A DNA stretch of 64,000 bases from Eledone cirrhosa (lineage: Eukaryota). The DNA lies in assembly GCA_964016885.1 (NCBI GenBank), contig CAXHJY010001051.1, positions 62,001 to 126,000 of the forward strand, given 5' to 3'. Both the position numbers and the translations under genes were made by a program. Below, in pieces: positions 53,691-64,000 of this stretch. Position 1 is the first letter of the stretch, and each line of letters opens with the position of its first letter. The notes under the pieces are model-generated. The model searched no databases. It was not told the origin of the DNA and was given only the letters and a program-made list of their open reading frames with translations.

Positions 53691-56600
53691 AAATTAGAAT
53701 GGATGAATAAGAAAAAACTACAAGAAAGGAAAATCGAATATTCTCAAAAATACCCAGATAACATCGACAACATCCGTATGAGTGATGTAAAACTACCGGA
53801 AGAATTTACCAATGACCACACAGTAAATATCTATGGGAACACTTTAATCAGTGAACAAGAACAACAAATCCTAAAGTTACCACCAAAATTTGCCATCTAC
53901 AAAAAGATTAACCCTATGGAATGCAAAACGGAGCTGGAAAAGTGTTTCACAAAAATACGTTGGAATGCAAAGGTAAACAACAACAACAATAATAACGGTA
54001 GTAGTAATATAAACAATAACTCTGAGTATAGAAATAACAGCCATAACCATAACAATGGCAGGAAAGTGAGAAATAGTGATAATAGTAATAATACTAGCGA
54101 TAGACAGAACAACAACAACCACAATAATAATAATAATAGAAACGTTAACCACAGACACAGCAACAGTGACCACAGTAGTAATAACGGTAACAATACGAAC
54201 AACAACAACAACAATAACCACAGTGGTAATAATGGAAATAGTACATGTAGCAACATCAACAAAAACAAGAAACATAATAATAGTAACAACCACAATGGTA
54301 GAAATAGCAGTAACAACAACAACAATAACGGTGAAGTAAACAACAATACATCTAGCAATCATAACAATAATAATATTAATGCTAATGATAGAAACAACAA
54401 CAACCACCATGATAACAATAATAGCAACACACACAACTATGACGATAGAAATAACGACAACCTCTTAGAGAAACTATTTTTCAACCCAGCTGACAAAACA
54501 TATAAGATGGGTAATATCTATCCTACGAGGTTACCCTTTAATAAAAGAGTTTGCATACCACAGCAAATAGATGACGAGACGGAGGCACAGTTCACCATAG
54601 CTAGAAATAAGATTAGACAAGTAGTAGACAGGTACACTATGAGACAGAGCAGACCAGAGGCCCAACAACTTGGGATAAAACCTGTAGAAGGCTTGGTTAG
54701 CCTCAAGCAGCGCACAAGGGATGGTGAGGTAGTGTGTCTACCCACAGATAAGTCTGGTAGGATGTCAATAGATAGCATGCCGAACTACATCGAGGCAATG
54801 CAACCCCACATCACCAACACGAGCGAAGTTGCACAACTAACACACGATGGGAGAGAAAAAATCCTCAACGCTCACATGATGATGTGGACTGACATCCTAA
54901 AGCCAAGCAGACGCACTGCCAACAACTTCCAGGCGTCTAACAATGGCATACCACCCTTGTATGGGCTCCGCAAAGACCACAAGACAGTCGACGACCCGAC
55001 AACAGGACCACCAACAAGACCCGTATGCGGAGCTAATATAGCTAGCAACTACAGGATCTCCTACTTCCTCTCAATGGTTATACGCCCCATAATCAAGATG
55101 TCCCCAGATGTATGTGAAAGTACAGAGGACCTCCTCAGCAGAATCAGTGAGTGCAACAAAAACAGGAGCCTATCCAACTGCATAATAGGCAGCATGGATG
55201 TGGTGTCACTGTACCCATCCATTAACATTGATTTTGCTGTGAAAAGATGTGTGGAGATGATCATTGAGAGTGAGGTGGAGTTCTGCGACGTCGACACAGA
55301 CGAACTGGGCCTCCTACTTAGACTTACCTACGACACTGACTACCTAGACAGCCATGACCTTAGATGTTTCTGCCCTAGTAGACCTATAAGAGGTAGACCC
55401 CCCACCATAACCTCAATGGCTAAAAAGACTCCCATAGGAAGGTGGATTGGGTGGACCAAAGCTATACGGACCCCCCAAAACACTGATCAGGTAAGAAAAA
55501 TGGTCGCACATGTAATAGGGGCTAGTATCAAAACTACCCTAAAGGGCCACATATTTAAGTTCAATGAGAAAATCTACACCCAAAATGAGGGAGCAGCCAT
55601 CGGCGTCAGCATAGCTGGTGATGTTGCCAACCTTTTCATGGTATGGTGGGAAAGGAGACTTAAAGATCTCCTTAATGAAAGCTCCATAGACCTCATCATG
55701 TACTCTCGTTATGTAGACGATATCAATATAGTTATAAGAACACCCCCACTAGAGAGCACTAACAAGTTTGATTTAGAACGTAGCACGATGGAAAGCATCC
55801 AGCAGATAGCTAATTCCATACACCAGAGTATAACTGTAACTATAGACTTCCCTTCCAAACACCCTAATAATAGACTACCTGTATTAGACACAGAACTCTG
55901 GATTAACACTATAGACGAGAGAGCCCAAATTCTCCACTCACACTATGCTAAACCCATGGCCTCCAAATACCTGATACTCAAAAACTCAGCAATGTCCAGT
56001 AGTGCTAAGTTTAATATTCTGATCGCAGATTTGGTACGAGTGATGAAGAATGTGTCCAGCATGTGCGACCCAACAGAAATGGAAGGACACATCCAACACT
56101 TCATCAACCGCATGCAGTTCTCTGGCTACAACCAAAGAGACAGAGTCAGAGTATACGAAGGAGCCATGGAAAAGTATAAGACCCTCATAGAACTGGACAT
56201 GAAAGGAATTTGCCCACTATACAGGAGCAAATCATGGAATAGCTTAGATAGGGCTAGACATAAGATAGGGAAGGCCACATCATGGTACGACAACCAGAGA
56301 TATCAGAGTGTCATGTTTGTGGACGCCACCCCTGGAGGGAAATTAGCTAACCAGTGTAGAAAGGCCCTGAGAAAGACCCACTTAAAAATAAAGGTGGTAG
56401 AAAAGCCAGGAACCACCATAAAATCCCTGATCAGCAAAACCTACCCTTTTAAGAAAACCCACTGTACCAATAGGAAATGTATCATATGTAAGGTGAACCC
56501 CCGGATAAACTGTAAAACTAGAAACGTAGTCTATAGCATAAGATGTACAGAGGGTACTTGCAGAAACACGACAACAACATACATAGGTGAGACAGCTCGT

Positions 56601-56867
56601 AGCATAGGTGAAAGGATAGACCAACACTGGGGGGAACTAAAAGGACGAAAAAACGGGTCAGTACTATACGAACATGCTAGACAACAACATGACGGTAACA
56701 TAGACAACATAGAAATTAGAATAATATCTAAACATAGGAATGACCCAGCAGATAGGCAAATCAGAGAGGCCAGTGAAATAGAAATTAGAAGACCAAAGCT
56801 AAACAGAAAGAATGAGTGGAACAACAACAACACCCAAACAAACAACACTGACCTAAGAGAAGTATAA
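53688..56867 (+). CDS. PLE polyprotein: reverse transcriptase + C-terminal GIY-YIG endonuclease (probably 5'-truncated)
   Basis: PTDKSG, LYGLRKDHK, TRPV, SMDVVSLYPSI, QNEGAAIG..ANLFMVWW, SRYVDD, LPVLD, MQFSGY; CxxxxCxxC linker; NVVYSIRC..C..YIGETARSIGERIDQH, HARQQH, RQIREASEI, LN. The frame begins at the inversion junction; first ATG at 53703. Confidence 0.93.
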   Translation: MKLEWMNKKKLQERKIEYSQKYPDNIDNIRMSDVKLPEEFTNDHTVNIYGNTLISEQEQQILKLPPKFAIYKKINPMECKTELEKCFTKIRWNAKVNNNNNNNGSSNINNNSEYRNNSHNHNNGRKVRNSDNSNNTSDRQNNNNHNNNNNRNVNHRHSNSDHSSNNGNNTNNNNNNNHSGNNGNSTCSNINKNKKHNNSNNHNGRNSSNNNNNNGEVNNNTSSNHNNNNINANDRNNNNHHDNNNSNTHNYDDRNNDNLLEKLFFNPADKTYKMGNIYPTRLPFNKRVCIPQQIDDETEAQFTIARNKIRQVVDRYTMRQSRPEAQQLGIKPVEGLVSLKQRTRDGEVVCLPTDKSGRMSIDSMPNYIEAMQPHITNTSEVAQLTHDGREKILNAHMMMWTDILKPSRRTANNFQASNNGIPPLYGLRKDHKTVDDPTTGPPTRPVCGANIASNYRISYFLSMVIRPIIKMSPDVCESTEDLLSRISECNKNRSLSNCIIGSMDVVSLYPSINIDFAVKRCVEMIIESEVEFCDVDTDELGLLLRLTYDTDYLDSHDLRCFCPSRPIRGRPPTITSMAKKTPIGRWIGWTKAIRTPQNTDQVRKMVAHVIGASIKTTLKGHIFKFNEKIYTQNEGAAIGVSIAGDVANLFMVWWERRLKDLLNESSIDLIMYSRYVDDINIVIRTPPLESTNKFDLERSTMESIQQIANSIHQSITVTIDFPSKHPNNRLPVLDTELWINTIDERAQILHSHYAKPMASKYLILKNSAMSSSAKFNILIADLVRVMKNVSSMCDPTEMEGHIQHFINRMQFSGYNQRDRVRVYEGAMEKYKTLIELDMKGICPLYRSKSWNSLDRARHKIGKATSWYDNQRYQSVMFVDATPGGKLANQCRKALRKTHLKIKVVEKPGTTIKSLISKTYPFKKTHCTNRKCIICKVNPRINCKTRNVVYSIRCTEGTCRNTTTTYIGETARSIGERIDQHWGELKGRKNGSVLYEHARQQHDGNIDNIEIRIISKHRNDPADRQIREASEIEIRRPKLNRKNEWNNNNTQTNNTDLREV

Positions 56868-57437
56868 ATAAATAAGTAAATTAAATAAAATAAAATAAGA
56901 TAAATAAATACATACACAAGCACATAAACACACACTAGTCACCCAGCAGACACAACACTATACACACTAGTCACACATCACACATAACACTATACACACA
57001 CGCAAACGCATGCGCAAAGAAGACAAAATAAAATAAGATAAACAAACAAGCAAATAAATAAATAAATATATAGACAGACTGAACACAAAAAAAATGGCGT
57101 AGACATACAACACAACAGGAGGAACAATGAATATAACACCACTGACGATGTTGCAGATGTGCAACGAAAGATTTATGTAAATTATGTAAACTATATATAT
57201 ATGTGTTTGTCTATATTGTATCTGTATTATTTTTGACCGCCGGTCAGTCAATGGCAACATTGAGGACCGAGTAAGTTAGATCGCAGATATATATATATAA
57301 AAGACAGCGAGAAGCGAAAACCAATCAAACAGTGAGTGTGTTCTGTTATTAATTCTGGCAATATTACGCAAATATGACCCTCCCCAAATATAACAATATC
57401 TGTTTCGACACACGATTTCATATAAAAAACCTCGCAA

Positions 57438-57478
<41 letters not shown>

Positions 57479-57526
57479 TATATATATAAGTATATATATA
57501 TAATAGAATAGACTTTTCGTTTTTTC

Positions 57527-57613
<87 letters not shown>

Positions 57614-57661
57614 TATATATATAAGTATATATATATAATAGAATAGACTTTTCGTTTTTTC

Positions 57662-57710
<49 letters not shown>

Positions 57711-57756
57711 TATATATATAAGTATATATATAATAGAATAGACTTCTCGTTTTTTC

Positions 57757-57792
<36 letters not shown>

Positions 57793-58123
57793 GAAAAAAC
57801 GAGAAGTCTATTCTATTATATATATAATAATAAGTATATGAAAATTACCAACTCGACTACCCTAAGTATCAAGTACTCTGGTACGTTATGGTCCACCTGT
57901 TATCTTACCACACCCTCTTTCTTAATAAGTGTATATATAAAATATTTTAAAAAATATAATATAAAAGAAAGTTTTTCTATTATATACACTCTGACTGTGC
58001 ATAGAATGCTTAATTTAGTAACCAACATCAGTATTTCACTGTACTACCTACTACCTACACACACACTATATATATCTGTGTGTGTGTATGAATGTATATA
58101 TATACACACACATATATATACCC

Positions 58124-58162
<39 letters not shown>

Positions 58163-58206
58163 AATAACAGGAGGCTGGATTGGTGTAATTCCTTAAAAGG
58201 TTTATT

Positions 58207-58264
58207 ATACTATGACCATTTCAGTGACCGGGTTCAGTATGAATCCGCTGACATCATCAGGTAT
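58207..58264 (-). ncRNA. Minimal type I hammerhead ribozyme motif
   Basis: Minus strand: ATAC-CTGATGA-imperfect stem II-GAAA-T(GGTC)A-TA-GTAT. Confidence 0.62.
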
Positions 58265-58682
58265 TCGAAATTTAACAGGGGAATATAATAGACAAAATCG
58301 ATGGATCTGAAAAGCAGAGACAGGAGGGCGGCCGAACATTTAGCAGCTTCTACCCCGGTTAGCCGCCCTCATCGAGGTTGACCATACGGAATGACCAGTT
58401 CTATCCAGTGGTGAACCAACAAACCTAAATATATATGTATGTGTATAGTAATGAAAGAGTGAAGAATAACATGGTCAGCTGTACAAAAAGGGGTTTTATT
58501 TCAAATATTAACAATTGTTTCATTAATCAGGTGAGTTTAAAGGCCGCTGATCACTCTAAGTTGTGTCACTCGACCCTAAATACAGTGTGTCTCTGGTCAA
58601 ATCATCGGAATACAAATATATAAACACACACGGGTATATATATATATACACATACACGGGTATATATATAAACACACACGGG

Positions 58683-58713
<31 letters not shown>

Positions 58714-58753
58714 CAAAAACAAAGAGCGCTTACATCATCAATTAATCTTTATT

Positions 58754-58800
58754 TGCTGACACTGTTTCGTCCTTGCATAATTGCAGGACTCATCAGAGCA
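58754..58800 (-). ncRNA. Minimal type I hammerhead ribozyme motif
   Basis: Minus strand: TGCT-CTGATGA-GTCCTGCA(ATTA)TGCAAGGAC-GAAA-C(AGT)G-TC-AGCA. Confidence 0.78.
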
Positions 58801-59518
58801 TTATAAAGAGGAATTAGATCAATAGTATAAACTCTACCGACCTATATCACAAGAACGATCCATATGTAGCACAGAGGACTAAGAAGAGGGGGGGGGTGCT
58901 TGTACGACGCGTCACCGCTAGAAGCCGATACACATAAGACCAAAATCAGTTACAATAATTAAAGAAAAGGAAAAATAAGGAAATTAAAGATATCTTTTAT
59001 TTTTCCTTATCTTTAATTATTGTAACTAATTTTGGTTACTTAAATATAAGTATGTATACGTACATACATATTTGTCAGTGTTGAACAAATGAGCAACGAT
59101 GGTTGCTAGTCACTGTACGGCTTAATTCGGGATGTTTGTTTACAAACACACCGAGCATTATAATAAATGTTCGGTGAATCCATACGTACATATATATATG
59201 TGTGCATGTATGTATATATATATATATACATAGTACTGTACGTCTGTATACATATATGTATGTACGTATACATACTTATATTTATATATATATGTGCGTG
59301 TGTGTGTGTGTGTGTGTGTGCGTGTGTGTATGTGTGCATGCAATATGTATGCATTTATGCATGCATGTGTATGTATGTATATATATATATGTATAGTGAA
59401 AAATGGAAAGGGAACAAAACAGAGAAGCAGTACGAACAAAGGTGTATTAGTTTCAACATATATATATATATATATAATGGTATTAAATAAATGGAAACTA
59501 TATTTATAAAACCATATT

Positions 59519-59579
59519 TATTCTATTATATATATTTCAAGGGTACCAAAACTTTGGTACGCTTTCATCAGATAAAATA
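59519..59579 (-). ncRNA. Minimal type I hammerhead ribozyme motif (left arm of palindrome)
   Basis: Reverse complement of 59823-59883. Confidence 0.75.
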
Positions 59580-59822
59580 CAAAGTTTGTTTTATAAATGC
59601 TGACATAACCAAGAAAAGATACCTTATCGGTTCAAGTTTTTCTTGGATAGTGAAGGGAAGAGAGAAGAAAAGTAAGATATTTGAAATTATTATATTTTTT
59701 GCATACTCATCCTAATAATTTCAAATATCTGACTTTTCTTCTCTCTTCCCTTCACTATCCAAGAAAAACTTGAACTTGAAGGGTATTTCTTGGTTATGTC
59801 AACATTTATAAAACAAACTTTG

Positions 59823-59883
59823 TATTTTATCTGATGAAAGCGTACCAAAGTTTTGGTACCCTTGAAATATATATAATAGAATA
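59823..59883 (+). ncRNA. Minimal type I hammerhead ribozyme motif (right arm of palindrome)
   Basis: TATTTTAT-CTGATGA-AAGCGTACCAAAGTTTTGGTACCCTT-GAAA-T(ATAT)A-TA-ATAGAATA. Confidence 0.78.
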
Positions 59884-60112
59884 AATATGGTTTTATAAAT
59901 ATAGTTTCCATTTATTTAATATCATTGAATATTATACTCCAGAAAACTTGTCGAGTGCTCTGAATCAGTTATAAACATTTATATTTGTTGAATTACCAAC
60001 AAATTGAATATCTCTTTTGCTTAATTTTTCATTCGCACCGTTTCCTTTCGCTATATGTCTCTCCACCACTCCCCTACACACCTTTTGAACTCTGTTCCCA
60101 CACACTTCTCAC

Positions 60113-60143
60113 CTGAAGAAGGGCTTATGCCCGAAACGTCGTC
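60113..60143 (+). ncRNA. Partial hammerhead core (stem I not evident)
   Basis: CTGAAGA-A-GGGC(TTAT)GCCC-GAAA-C(GTC)G-TC, but the flanks do not pair. Confidence 0.45.
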
Positions 60144-60261
60144 CCCCACCTACCCCCACTCTCCTGAGCGTGAATTTAATAAACATTTATTGTACTGCCT
60201 CTCTGTTTTGTCCCTGTTCAATTTTTCATTATATATATATATATATAAATATATATATGTA

Positions 60262-60312
<51 letters not shown>

Positions 60313-60619
60313 ATATGTATATATGTGTGTATATATATAAATATGTGTGTGTGTGTGTGTGCAGGGTCGGGGTGTAAGAGAGCGTTTGCTAGTGTGAGTG
60401 CTCACTGTATAGAAATACTCACAAGACCAACAACAATAACAACAACAACAACAACAACCACAACAGTAACAATAAGAACAACAACAACAATAACTGTGTT
60501 TGAGAGAAATCAAACACTAAGTTTGATGTATCGAATCAAAAGAAGAGAGCATTTATCACAAACAGATCGATAATCAATCAATGGACAGACGGCATTTGTT
60601 TTATATTTACTGATTTGAC

Positions 60620-62186
60620 CAACTACCATCACCACCACCACCACCATCACCATCATTACTGCCATCACCACCACCACCATCATGACCACCATCACCACCA
60701 CCGCCATCACTACAACCATCACCACCATCACCATCTTGACCTCCATCATCATCATCATCACCACTACCACCACCACCACCACCACCACCACCATGACCTC
60801 CATCATCACCACCACCATCACCGCCACCGCCACCAACACCACCCCCCCTAACTATCCCTACCACCACCACCACCACCATCATGACCACCACCACCACCAC
60901 CACCAACCCCAACCACCACCAGCACCAGCAACACCACCACCACCACCACCACCACCACCAACACCACCAACATCACCACCCCTAACTATCCCCCCACCAC
61001 CACCATCAACCCCAACCAGCACCAGCAACACCACCACCACCAACACCACCACCCCTAACTATCCCCACCACCACCCCTAACTATCCCCACCACCACCACC
61101 ACCAACCCCAACCAGCACCAGCAACACCACTACCACCACCACCAACACCACCAACACCACCACCCCTAACTATCCCCACCATCACCACCACCACAGCACC
61201 ACCACAGCACCACCACTACAACCACACCACCAACACCACCACCCCTAACTATCCCCACCATCACCACCACCACAGCACCACCACAGCACCACCACTACAA
61301 CCACACCACCACCACCACCACCCCTAACTATCCCCACCATCACCACCACCACAGCACCACCACAGCACCACCACAGCACCACCACAGCACCACCACTACA
61401 ACCACACCACCAACACCACCACCCCTAACTATCCCCACCATCACCACCACCACAGCACCACCACAGCACCACCACTACAACCACACCACCACCACCACCA
61501 CCACAATGGTTAATTTAATGGTTGTAGTTACAAACCCAGAAGTTCATTAAACAACTGTTAATTACCTAAGGTTGGTTGTGGTGGTGGTGGTGGTGGTGGT
61601 GGGGGTGGGCGGTGGTGGGGGTGGTGGTGGGGGGGGGGCTGATAGTTGATGTGTGGTGGGGAAGGGGGTGACAGTTGAGGTGTGGTGGTGGCGTGGGTGG
61701 GGGTGGGGGGATATTTGAGTGGTGGTTGTGGTGGTGGCGGTGGGGGTGGGCGGTGATATTTGAGGTGTGGTGGGGAAGAGAGGGGGGTGGGGTGACAGTT
61801 GAGGTGTGGTGGTGGCGGTGGTGTGGGGGGGGGGATATTTGAGTGGTGGTGGTGGTGGTGGTGGGGGGGTGGGCGCTGATAGTTGATGTGTGGTGGGGAA
61901 GGGGGTGACATTTGAGGTGTGGTGGTGGCGTGGGTGGGGTGGGGGGATATTTGAGTGGTGGTTGTGGTGGTGGCGGTGGGGGTGGGGGCGGTGATATTTG
62001 AGGTGTGGTGGGGAAGAGAGGGGGGTGGGGTGACAGTTGAGGTGTGGTGGTGGCGGTGGTGGGGGGGGGGGTATTTGAGTGGTGGTGGTGGTGGTGGTGG
62101 TGGGGAGGGAGGATAAGTGTATGTGTGAGTGTATATCTGTATGAGTGTGTATGTATGGGTGTGTGTGTGTGTGTGTGTATCTGTAT

Positions 62187-62224
<38 letters not shown>

Positions 62225-62390
62225 TTTCTTTCTGTACGTGTATGCATATGTGTCTATAAATTCCTTTTTAAAATCCTTTATTTACACACACATAAATATG
62301 CACACACACACACAAACACACACATATATATGTATGTATGTACATATACATATATCTGTGTGTGTGTGTGTAGAACTGTGTATGAGTGAT

Positions 62391-62421
<31 letters not shown>

Positions 62422-62430
62422 CATACATAC

Positions 62431-62461
<31 letters not shown>

Positions 62462-63660
62462 CGTGTGTGTGTATGTGTGTGTGTATGTGTATGTGTGTGT
62501 GTATGTATGTGTGTGTGTGTGTGTGTGTATGTGTGTGTGTGTATGTGTGTGTGTGTGTATGTGTGTGTGTGTGTATGTGTGTGTGTATGTATGTGTGTGT
62601 GTATGTGTGTGTGTATGTATGTGTGTGTGTGTATGTGTGTGTGTATGTATGTGTGTGTGTATGTGTGTGTGTATGTATGTGTGTGTGTGTATGTGTGTGT
62701 GTGTGTGGAAGAGAGACAAAGCTATGTGGAATATATCTTAATGTAAGGGAAATTTCACAGATGGAAACATCTGGAAAAATATGGATTGTCTTGTATTTGT
62801 TGTTATTGTTGCTGTTGTTGTAGTGGTGGCTGTGGTGGTGGTGGTATGGTGATGGTGGTGGTGGTAGTGGTGGTGCTGTGGTGGTGTTGGTGGTGGTGGT
62901 GGTGGTGGTGGTGGTGGCTGTGGTGGTGGTGGTGGTGGTGGTATGGTGATGGTGGTGGTGCTGTGGTGGTGGTGCTGTGGTGGTGTTGGTGGTGGTGGTG
63001 GTGGTGGTGGTGGCATTGGTGGTGGCTGTGGTGGTGGTGGTGGTATGGTGATGGTGGTGGTGGTGGTGGTGGTGCTGTGGTGGTGTTGGTGGCGTTGGTG
63101 GTGGTGGTATGGTGATGGTGGTGGTGGTGGTGGTGGTGGCTGTGGTGGTGGTGGTGGTGGTGGTATGGTGATGGTGGTGGTGGTGGTGGTGGTGCTGTGG
63201 TGGTGTTGGTGGCGTTGGTAGTGTGCTGTGGTGGTGGTGGTGGTGGTGGCATTGGTGGTGGCTGTGGTGGTGGTGGTGGTATGGTGATGGTGGTGGTGGT
63301 GGTGGTGGTGGTACTGTGGTGGTGTTGGTGGCGTTGGTGGTGTGCTGTGGTGGTGGTGGTGGCATTGGTGGTGGCTGTGGTGGTGGTATGGTGATGGTGG
63401 TGTTGGTGGTGGTGGTGCTGTGGTGGTGTTGGTGGCGTTGGTGGTGTGCTGTGGTGGTGTTGTGGTGGTGTTGGTGGCGTTGGTGGTGCGCTGTGGTGGC
63501 GGTGGTGGTGGTGGTGGCATTGGTGGTGGCTGTGGTGGTGGTATGGTGATGGTGGTGTTGGTGGTGGTGGTGCTGTGGTGGTGTTGGTGGTGGTGGCGGT
63601 GGTGGTGGCGTTGGTGGTGGCGTTGGTGGTGGCTGTGGTGCTGTGCTGGTGGTGGTGGAG
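60620..63660. repeat. (CAC)n, (GTG)n and (GT)n low-complexity blocks
   Basis: Simple and compound microsatellites. Confidence 0.9.
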
Positions 63661-63781
63661 GTGTGGTGTCATTCGAGGTAAGGTTTGTATAAATACATGC
63701 TTACACACTGTGTGACATATGTATGTGTGTATGAATGTATGTATGTATATGCGTATGTATATATGTGTGCGTGTGTGTATG

Positions 63782-63832
<51 letters not shown>

Positions 63833-63902
63833 ATATACATACTTATACACACACAGAAACATGCATATACAGACCTAGGGACATGCATATGTGTGTGTAT
63901 AG

Positions 63903-63974
<72 letters not shown>

Positions 63975-64000
63975 GTATATATATATATGTATATATATAT

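Larger units (their letters stand above)
51771..57440 (+). mobile_element. Penelope-like retroelement (Naiad-like) with inverted 5' duplication of its 3' half
   Basis: 51771-53690 is the reverse complement of about 55481-57399. Flanked on both sides by (TA)n and the same short spacer motif. Contains an RT + GIY-YIG ORF. Confidence 0.92.

Noticed and set aside
53688-57300. Selenoprotein recoding (UGA + SECIS), reported for some Naiad elements
   Set aside because: No in-frame TGA in the ORF, zinc-binding positions are Cys, and no convincing SECIS was seen.
60840-61440. Telomere-like CCCTAA motifs
   Set aside because: Single hexamers inside a CAC-rich minisatellite, not tandem (TTAGGG)n.

Overview
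Eukaryotic, AT- and microsatellite-rich genomic DNA. The SINE, RTE, Helitron and C2H2-finger content suggests an octopus or other coleoid cephalopod (inference). Two spliced genes, assembled by hand from splice sites and missed by the ORF track, lie head-to-head: a 6-exon SPAG8-like ciliary gene on the minus strand (16165->2114, 195 aa, with an RFX X-box upstream) and a 9-exon CENP-P-like kinetochore gene on the plus strand (17634->31466, 313 aa). The right half has no host gene that I could support. It holds a young Penelope-like retroelement (Naiad-like; uninterrupted 1059-codon RT + GIY-YIG frame) preceded by a 1.9-kb inverted copy of its own 3' half, Helitrons, MITEs, LINE remnants and satellites. 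The main hidden signals are (i) nine well-formed type I hammerhead ribozyme motifs plus several partial ones, mostly in short (TA)n-flanked or palindromic non-coding elements, one of them in sense orientation in CENP-P intron 1, and (ii) a 5.6-kb intronic satellite made of amplified copies of the adjacent SPAG8 splice-acceptor/exon junction. All identifications come from reading the sequence and recalled family motifs; no searches were run.
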